Shown: one piece after another, positions 54,803 to 64,000 of the stretch | Layout: every line of letters starts with the position of its first letter | Numbering within the stretch: the stretch's first letter is position 1 | Assembly: GCA_973895155.1 (NCBI GenBank) | Contig: CCZZQB010000055.1 | Location: 1-64,000 of the forward strand | Reading direction: 5' to 3' | DNA: 64,000 nt | DNA from: Marsupella aquatica | Lineage: Eukaryota > Plantae > Marchantiophyta | The notes under the pieces: generated by a model | Told to the model about the DNA's origin: nothing | Database searches by the model: none | Seen by the model: the letters and a program-made list of their open reading frames with translations, nothing else | Position numbers and translations under genes: made by a program

Positions 54803-56450
54803 GAGATTCTACGTACCGCCAATCGAGAAGAGAATAGGAAACTCAACGGCCATTAGAACAAAGGCATTGCCAAAATTTGCAAAGATTAGCATCGCCCAGC
54901 GCTAGTATGCTGGAAGGGAAGGGGGAATTCCAAGGCAAAAGATAGAGATTGTACGTGACATCAATCAGGAAGTGAACAGGAAACTCAATTTCAAGCATTT
55001 CAAACCAAGAGAGGCCACGGCAGATGTTGAATATTTTCAGCGATGTGCACTACCTTAAATGTCGGACTCCTAGAAATCAATAGTTGGAACATACAATTCA
55101 ATGTCTACGCCTAAACACGGAACACAATGAACATAAGCAACGCTTGACGCTAGCTCAAATCTTGGAATCAACGAATGACCACAAAAGAACAAGAGAGCCG
55201 ATCCAAAACTGCAAGCTTTACTTCCAAAATGGGTCAAAACATATAACCGGTATTACATCAACCACAGATCATCCCCAAATCAACCCACGGAATAACATGA
55301 ACATAAGCAGTGCTTGGCATAGCTTAAATCTAGCTCTCTAAAAAGGAAATCGTCACCAACACACTAAAACTAGACCTTCTATCACTGAAAGCACCTCCAG
55401 CCCGAGAACCAAAATGCCTACAATTTCTAGTTGTTGTCGAAGCCCGCCGAAGCCCGCCCTGGCCCGTCTGTGCATTTTCTCAACCTGATCCGCACATAAC
55501 TGGGACACTGATCCAAAATGGGCCTAAAGATGTAGCCGGAAATACACGAACTCCGAATCAACCAAAGAAGAAATCCCACGGTCCAAGATGGACAAAAGCA
55601 GCGCTCGACGCTAGCTTAAATGGCGATTAAGGAATAGCAAATTGTATGCAAGTCTATGGCCACTGAAGCTTATGTCACTCAAACCACCTCCATCCTGAAA
55701 CACTTTAGCTCTACGATTGGCAGTCATCGTCGATGCCCGCCCTAGCCCGTCTATGGTTTTGCTTGAACCCTAGACCCCTAAGCCGCACATAAGACGACAA
55801 GGGGCGCCAAAACTCCGCATATTGATTCCCGGGGTCTAGAACATTTGTATCAAGGAAGTCAACACGTCCCAATCGCTCTTGCACTCGTCGCTCAATAGGC
55901 TGAATACCATCAGCAGGAATGACTTCATGAAAAGAAAACCAATCAGCAACTGCGCGCGGAGTGTCACGGTCGTCAATCCAAGGTATGTTTCTCTCCCCAG
56001 GACCAATCGCCTCATCATAAGGAAGCGCAAAATGATTCCGGAAAGTCAAGGTCTCGGTGGAAGTGTCACCATGAACGGACTTGAAGGAGCTAAAGTGACT
56101 CTCCTCCGGTCAAACTCTAGAAGGAGCGAAGAAGGCAAGCATTTCCTCCAAAGACATGAGTTCCTTCTTCTCCATCTGGTGGGAACTGTTAAACAAAATT
56201 GAGGCTAATGACAAGACCGATGTTGTTGAAATGACCCGACTTCAAGAGAGGTTGTGCCTGAAATGACTCGGAAGAGTGACCTAATGGAGAGTTTAAGGTT
56301 CAATGGAAAAAGGACCATTGAGAAAAACCAACCGCAACATGTGAGAAAGAGACGACTGTTTCCGGTAATAACAAAATATGCGGGGCCACAGAACGGACAA
56401 AAGATTCAAAATTTGTAATTAGAAAAGGAGACGTTTGGGGAGCGCCCGAC

Positions 56451-59400
56451 TGTGATGCCTAGCCAGGAATCACTAGGCCGGTTTACATGGTAAAAGCAGG
56501 AGTGTACCCTGGAAACACCTTAGTATAGTAACAAGACAAGGAAAAATATAAACAATTAAGGGTGACTATGGAACCCGGGCCGAGGCCAGAAGTAAGGACG
56601 CCAGGGGAGAGAATACGATTAGGGTTAGGGCGCGCTAAGCGTCGGCGGCTAGGGGTGACCAACGGGTGGGAAGACCAGAGGAGGAGAGGGGTAAGGACCG
56701 CTCGCAAGGAATAGCGGCTCATTTGCAAGAACGAACTGGGCAGACGACTACGGGAGGCCAAATGCTGTCAGCTGCTTAGGCAAGCGCTTGGGGTGGGAAC
56801 AGATACCAACGATCGACTCAAGGAGGGTATGAGCAACGTCAATCAAGCGGCATATTTTTGGGGATGCCTGTTCGAACGGGCAGGTGAGTACGTCAGGACT
56901 TACGAAGACAAAGAATCAGAGAGAGCAGCTCGAGAACGGCAAGAGCTTGCTCGGCTCTGGGAACTGCAAAAGACGGCTTTCTTAGGAGGAGAACTTATCA
57001 AGGCCGAGTTCTTGTGGACTCCTACTGCCAATCAGCTCGACGACCTTCTATTTTGCAAAAATAGAATCGTCGGCATCCGGGAAGCCATCAATCGCTGCAA
57101 CGACCTACACTGGGAGTTGAAGGGTAACACGGAAGGGTGGACAAAGGCAACCTTGCTAGGAGAAACATCCACGGCAGCCAAGATGAAGAGGAAAGGAAAC
57201 ATCAACGAAGAGGCCACCCCGGCAAAAAGAACAAGGTCGGCGGCACCAAGGAAGCCAGCAGAGCAGCAAGGCAGGAGGCAGGGAGAAGCCGAAGAGGAAG
57301 AGGTCGATCCCATCAATGCCATTCCAACAAACAATGACACCTGGAAAGGCTGGGCGGCGACCCTACCGGAGGAAGTGCAATTACACTTTGCACGGGAGGA
57401 GGATGCATGCTTTACGGCCATGCAGACCAAGAAGTACCAGGGCTTCATGGCCGGATCCGGCTTGGAAGCCTTCGTAAGATTACCATGGCTGAAGCCGGAG
57501 GTGCCGGACTCAGACTTATTAGAGTTCGTGGGATCATGGGAACCCGAGACCAATTCCACGAGGGTGTATGGGAAGGATTTCTATCTCACTCCCCGGGTGA
57601 TTGCTGAGGTGTTTGGCTTGCCGATGGGTAATAAGACCAAGGTTGATACGAGGAAGACCTTACCTAACAAGGAGTTTTGGTCGTTCCCAGGACCATCAAC
57701 AAAGAATGGCTTCTTTCGGAACACCTGCACCAACCCGCACATCGGAGAGATGATTGATTTCTTGTGGGTGACCATGCACTGTAACTTGCCGAGGGCAGAG
57801 ATCGGCAAGGCTCAGGTCTACCTGGCAGAAAGGCCAGACCCAAGCCGGGATTACAACGGGTACCTCCTCAACCAACTGACAAAGATCTTGAAGGAGGAAC
57901 AGTAGGTGATCGGTGTGGGAAGCGTGTCCCGGCTTGGCTATCACATGCCGCTGTTGTGCCGGTATGCCAGAAGTCAAATCTTTGCCCCAGTACTTCCCCT
58001 ATCGGCAAGGGCACCGGAGGAGGTCCCGGAGCAGAGGCCGGCACCAGAGAAGCCCAACCAACCCGACAGTCCGACGATCGAGCAGGTGTTTAGGCCAAGG
58101 AAAGAAGACTTGCCGATGCAGCAACCAAGCATGCAAAATCTGCTGAAATTGTTGGAGAAGGAAAAGAGAACGGCAACGGCAACGGGACCGATACAGGACG
58201 CTGCCCCAGAAGTTGGCCTAAGCCGACTCAGAAGGGAAGACCCCTTTACCGGAACCAAGGAGAGATTGAGGCCGGAACACAAGCCGGGAGTGCGAATGTA
58301 CGTGGGAGCCTCAAGCCCCGAATCAGAGGTAGAGGAGCCGGGAGTCCAAGTAGTGGAGGAGGCGATGGAGGACTACAGCAATGATAACTCCGACTATGGG
58401 TCGGATCATCATGTTCCAGGAGTAAGGACCTGTGGCCGATTTATCCCCACGCTTCCAAGAGTAGTTCGAGGGGACCCCACCCAACAGAGTAACCCCGAGT
58501 CTCCCCCACCAGAGGTTGCTCCCCCGAGCTTTGACGGCATAAAGAAGACGGCACAAGAATTTCAGGAGCGACTTAGGGAGGAAGAGAGAGCAGCCCTGGC
58601 TAGGGAGAAGGATTTACCAGGAGGAGATTGGCCGGAGGACATCAGGCGGCTTGCCGAAAAAAGAAGCAACCCTCTTGCCACCGTAGAAGAAATCCGCAAG
58701 ACGGCTTGGGAGCAAAGGCCGCGGTGGTTGATGCCGATGACTTCTAGTTACTCCACCTATGCTAAGGATAGAGCCATGGAGTACGGGGAGATGTGTGGGG
58801 ACCTGGCGCTCAGCATCTTTGGGGAGAAGTTGGAGCAGGGACCCTTTTTCCAGAGGGAGATGTTGGAAAAGCACCGATTAGAAGAAGCGGTGACTTTGGA
58901 GAGAAGCAAGAAGGAGGAGGTCATCCGACGGCTTAGGGAGAAGGAAGCCGAGGTGGAAGTCCTGCAGGCGGCCAAGAAAGCCCAAGATGAGTTGCGGATT
59001 AAGCGGCATGAGCTAAACATCATGCAGGGGCAGTTGGATACCGCTAAGTCTTACAATCAGATTATCAAAGATAAACTGACTCGGACCCAAGGAGAGTTGG
59101 CCGACGCAGTCAAAGAAAGAGAGAAATGGAAGTGGGAGCTAAGGGACGCAGAGGAGGCCCATTTAACCTCCAACAACCGGACCATGGCGGAGACTCAGAG
59201 AAGGGAGAGGGCGTTGAAGGGAGAGCTCGAAGATATCCGCGGAGCCCTTGAGCAGAAGGAAGCAGAGTTAGGGAAATCCTATCAAGGGATTATTGCGCTG
59301 CAGCAAGAGCTTGCGTCCTTGACGGCCAGCTTCAAGGCCGACCTGCGTGAAAAGGACGACCAGCTCGACCAGACTTATGCCAAGATGAATAAGATGGAGT

Positions 59401-61011
59401 CTGTGGTCGTAGCGGAGCTTGACAAGGAGCTAAGAGCAACCCAGGAGGAGAGGGCTACCTTAAAGAAAGAATTGGAGGAAGCCAATAAGGAGTTGGAGGA
59501 GGCGCGCAAGGACCTGGACGAGACCCAGGAGGAGTTGGAGGAAATCACGAGGAAGATGGAGAACCTACAGCGGCGGGCCGACAACCAAACGGAGCGGCTG
59601 AAGACACAAGCCGCAGTATTTAAATGCTTGGCTTCATCAGGTCCAACTCCAATTGGGGGAACCCAGTTACCAGGGGTAGTATTGGCCGAAGGACAAGCCG
59701 TAACACTCACCCCGGTGCCGGAGGTAAGTGGCAAGGGGGAGGAACCGACTGTCAAAATAGGGAAGAAGTATAAGCGGAAACCTTCTAGGTCTGGAAGTTA
59801 TACGGCTTCTCAAGCTGTTGTGACCGAGACGATAAACCCGGCACCAACCTCCGGTATCGGCACGGCGGTGGATCCACCAGTCCTAGGAAGTGGAGATGGC
59901 AAGGCCGAGGCCGGGAGAACCAGTGTTGCCGAGGTACCGGATCCTCCACTAGAACATGTCGGGGAGGCCATAGCCGTGGCGGAGGCCGTGACCGATGCTG
60001 AGGCCAAAGCCGAGGGTGGACCCAGTCAGGCCGATGAAGAGTTGACTCGATCAGGGGCAGGTAATCTGTCAGAAGACGGACCAACAGGAGTGGTTGCGGA
60101 GGAAGCGTTGGGGGCGTCCATTGAGGACCAGCCACCGGTGTCGTGACGGTGTAAGGGCGTCGTCCCTTTTAGGGAGGGCGGACGTGTAGGTAGGAGGCGT
60201 GAGTGGGCAGGGTGGGCGCTGATCTCCAAGTTTAGACTTTGGATCAGGACCAGGAGACGGCCCTGACACTTAGATTAGTGGGATTTTGGATCCACGGGTG
60301 AGGACGACACTTGTGTAGATTAGGCTTACGCTGCAAGGAATCAGGCGGATCCACGGCCAGAATAAGTACCTGGGCTGCGGGGAGTTCAGGGCCTCTTCTT
60401 TAACAAGTTTTTAGTTGCACCAGCAGGGCTGGGATCAAGTAGTAAGAGAAGCTCTCGGTTAGTTATACAGTGACCCTTGTGTATATTCATGTTTCCTCAT
60501 GCCTAAGAGCTGAATAGAGTTGGCCTCACGGCTTAGTTCGCAGAGCTTGTGTATGAGATGTACTGTTTGTATTACAAGTGCATGGTATAACTCAGTCCTA
60601 AGGAGTCATTTTGCTATTTGTGTGTCGCATTAACTTGTGTGAAGAGTGCCCACATCAACAAGTAGAAGGGAAGTAAGCAAGGGAGTGAGAGTTGGATGTG
60701 TCGAGCTGAGAGAGGTCTTAGCGGCTTAACCAAGCCAATTGGGGATCATTCTGGCGGCGGAATCCAAATATACCTAACCAACAGGAGGGAAAGACAAGAG
60801 AAGGCCTAGATTAGGCCGGCTACGTATCTCATGACCCGATGAAGGATCTGTCCAGTATATGTGTGTAAAATGTTAATAGTAGTAGTAGAAGGATGTTAGC
60901 AGCGTCCCATGCGGCTAAGCTGCGGAAACGGCCTTGCCGAGCACGAAACTTGCGGGAATCGGCTTGTGCGGGGGGGTTTCTTGGGTTTGGGGAGCCATGG
61001 GACGCACCACA
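56451..61011 (+). mobile_element. Solo LTR of family A (older subfamily, 4561 bp) with perfect TSD
   Basis: TGTGATGCC...GCACCACA flanked by CCGAC at 56446-56450 and 61012-61016. Confidence 0.95.
56793..60146 (+). pseudogene. Family A LTR-encoded ORF in the solo LTR, broken by one in-frame stop
   Basis: ORFs 56793..57905 and 57906..60146 are in the same frame, separated by CAG>TAG at 57903-57905. Confidence 0.88.
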
Positions 61012-61149
61012 CCGACGCTAGTAAGGGAAGTGAGGAATTTAATACACTTTATTATCAATGTAACATAAACCAATCATAAGTGGGATAATGAATACATGTA
61101 TTTTGATAACAACGCCCAGTGCTGGTAAAATCTTAGCCGCAAAAACTCT

Positions 61150-64000
61150 TCATGAATCGGACGATTCTGATTCGGAGCTCTGTGACCTCTCGGTCAAGAC
61201 CGCCTTGTCATCTACAAACTTCATCCTACAAACTTCATCTACATAAGGATTTTGGACAAATTTTCTATCAAATCCTCTCCATAGCCGGAGACCTTTGTTT
61301 TCCCAAAAAAGAGTCCTCTGATTATCTTCCATTCTTGCAGTGTTCTCAGCATAAGAGGGTAAAACGAATGGTTTCTCTAGAGTGACAATTTCAAAATGAG
61401 CTACTTTTCTTCTGAGTTTGAAGCGCCTTCTCGTATTCCATTTGGACCTGGGTGAGAACAGAAGTTTGTCAACCGATTGCATGAATGGATAGCACAAAAG
61501 CATGAAGGAACTAGAAAGGAGAAAGAAGCTTACAAGTTTCAGAACATTACTCGGAAGAGTCATTGTTGTCACTCTGGCCAGCAGATTGTTCTTGACCCTT
61601 CCCCTCAGGTGTGCCACCCTCATCTTCGTCTGCTGTCGCACCACTTGACTCATCGTCAGAGTCAAAATTAAGTACAGAATGAAGCTTGTCTCTCCTTTTC
61701 TTTTTGGGTGGTTGAATTGGGGGTGGCAAAGTTTTGACTTCCTTTGGAGAAAGTAGATTTAAGAACACCTTGGAACCAGTTTCAACAAAATCTTTCCTAT
61801 TCTCCACTCCAATTACAATCCTCCCAGAATAGTCTCCAACTACAAAAGAGCTACCCGACCCCACTGTCCAATCCATGAAAATATCCCTAGGCCGAGTGAT
61901 GAGCTCAATCATAGATTGCATGAATCCAACCAACAAACGAGCATTCCTAGCAAATTCCATCTCAGGTATTGGATCGACTTTGAGAGAGGGAAGTCCAATT
62001 AAATTTGTTATGGAGGGATCTTTCGTGACAGACAGAGGTCTAAATCTTGAGTCTTTTGGCACCTTCCCTTTTTCAGACACTCGACAGAAGACGTCCAGTC
62101 TGAGCGTGAAGATCTGAAATATAACCCAAGAATGGTACGTCAATGGATGCATTCATAAACATTCTTTGAACTGCAAACCAGATGTCACGATGAGAAATTT
62201 ACCTGTTGGTCGGTCTTCGGCGCGTACATTGGAACTGACATGACAACATTGTGTGTCGAGATGCAATGAAACTTCTTTGATTCCTGACAAGTCGATATAA
62301 CCTGAGACATCGGATCGTACTCCCCGTTATGTAAAATGGCCAGCATTCCGTCATCAGATAAAAATGGATCCATTCCACGAAAGAAAGAGGTGGCCAATGA
62401 GTGGTCGGGGACATTTCATTTTGGGACTTTTCTGTCTAGCATAGATGGTTTAAGTCCCGTCGGATGGTAGATAAAACCCGCGTGGACTCCAAACAATCTC
62501 TCCTTTCCCCCACGCACAATGCCCTTCTCTCAAAAACTAGACTTCATGAGATCCTTTCCTCATTTCTCTACACCATTCACCCAGTCAGGCTTCTCTCCTT
62601 TGTTAAATGTTGAGTAGAATTCTGAGATGCTAGATTCAACAAGGCAATGCCTTGAAAGTCTACTCTTGAAGTCCCCAACTTCACGTTGAAGACCTACAGT
62701 AGCAGCACTTTCTCGAGAGGAAGATCCACCTTCAATGGTCCTTTTCATCTTCTTCCTTGTACTGATGGCATCCACTGGAGCAATAGCCTTCCCTTTCTCA
62801 GCGGGAGTAATTGGATCGAATGGTGCTCCGGTATTGGCTTCAGACGCCTCTGGGGTGGCATCTATCTTTGTATCTCCGCTTCCCACGGCGTCTTATTTTC
62901 TCCCTGTTCAAATGGATGTCGATGTGATATCCGTCAATATTGAGACAACGACAATGCTAACGCCCAGCGCTGGCCAAACTATCTATAAGACTTGGCCTTA
63001 AATATTCACCTTTTTGACTAAAATAACCAATTCAGTTCTGAAATATTGACACTCATAGCAGCGCTGGGCGCTAACAATGTAACAGATATTGACTGCCATA
63101 ACAACGGCAAGCGCTAACAATGTGACAGATATTGACTGTCATAGCAGCGTCGGGTGCTAACCAAAGAGATACAAATTATACTTACATTTTTTCCCACATA
63201 TTGTTGATTCACTTGGGGCCGTAGTATCTGCTTTTGCTTTGCCGCGAGGCTTCCTGCTTTGGTCAACATGAACAATTGTTGTCTCACATATTGTTTGCAA
63301 TTCTGTTGTGGATTGATCCACATCATCTGGAAGCCCTTGCTTCATGTCATAAACAATGTTGACTGGGATCTGGGACTTAGACAGCTTATGGAAAGCATCC
63401 TTTTCTCTGTGATCAAAGGGCGAGTCCCATCTATCTGTATCTAGGCACCATGGACAATGGGTTCTCCCCCATTCACTCAAAGGTCTTGCTGGGAAAATTC
63501 CCACGGCAGGATACATAGAATACAAATCGCTCTCCGGTATTACAGTCCACTTGAGGAAGGCGGCAGGATACGCCCAAAAGTAATCAGGTTTTGTAGCATC
63601 CACATGGATGTAAAAACGGTAGAGGTACCTTTCTGCTTGCTTCTGGTTCTTCAAAGAGTAATCCTCTTTGTCAGGATACTCATTGTATTAAAAAACTTAC
63701 CCTTGACAGAGTCACCGTATTTCTTAAAATCATTCGTGACTGTCAATTAGAGATTTGAATGATTCACATGCCCAATCTTGTAAATGATTCACGGGAATGG
63801 TTTGTTGGACCTCTCGCAAAGCACATTGCAACATCCCCACCGCAATCCCTTCTACATTATTCCATGTAATCCAGGTGTGACACCACTATTTTACTGGATC
63901 ATCATTGATGGAAGAATTGTCTTCGGAGCTCCAAATTGCAATGTGCTACAAGCAAAGTCCTTCGTAGCTTGGGATCCAGAGCCTAAAAAGCCTGGCCCGG
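61150..64000 (-). pseudogene. Fragmented or spliced TE-type gene including a degenerate N6/N4 DNA methyltransferase-like C-terminus; extends beyond the window
   Basis: 61547..62152 has IELITRPRDIFMDWTVGSGSSFVVGDYSGRIVIGVE (motif I-like). 62185..62397 has PFLSDDGMLAILHNG. Further ORF pieces 62560..62886 and 63157..63654, with a GTAAGT donor near 63185. Confidence 0.5.
63041..63160. repeat. ~2.7 tandem copies of a 43-44 bp unit containing AGCAGCGCTGGGCGCTAAC
   Basis: ATATTGAC recurs at 63043, 63086 and 63130. Confidence 0.75.

Noticed and set aside
1-64000. Host protein-coding genes, tRNA or rRNA genes
   Set aside because: Every long ORF is attributable to a TE. The only tRNA-related sequences are the 18-nt primer binding sites.

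Overview
The window is entirely a nest of transposable elements. No host gene, rRNA, tRNA or CRISPR array is evident. The Ty3/gypsy lineage, Sola-like DNA transposon and GT-AG introns suggest a non-seed land plant such as a bryophyte (inference). (1) A young, nearly intact non-chromovirus Ty3/gypsy element (family A, 616-16141, +) has 4651-bp LTRs, each containing a complete ~1207-codon ORF. Its gag-PR and RT-RH-IN frames are joined by an apparent -1 frameshift signal (G GAU UUU plus pseudoknot). (2) Three more families (B, C, D) also have 3.6-4 kb (C only partly present) LTRs that encode a distant homologue of the same protein domain. They are nested in one another as a decayed full element and as solo or partial LTRs. 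(3) A 13.46-kb Sola-like DNA transposon (16804-30261; 26-bp TIRs, ATAT target duplication) carries a transposase, a spliced ParB-like/DNA-methyltransferase-like gene, an FCP1/NIF-type phosphatase domain, and two arrays of a 25-bp palindrome that fill putative first introns of the two divergent genes. (4) There is a LINE 3' fragment and, at the right end, part of a second, unrelated methyltransferase-like TE gene. The best candidates for new biology are the protein-coding LTRs, the ParB-MTase/phosphatase/palindrome-array cargo transposon, and the PR/RT frameshift signal. All domain calls are by-eye motif recognition and were not database-checked.
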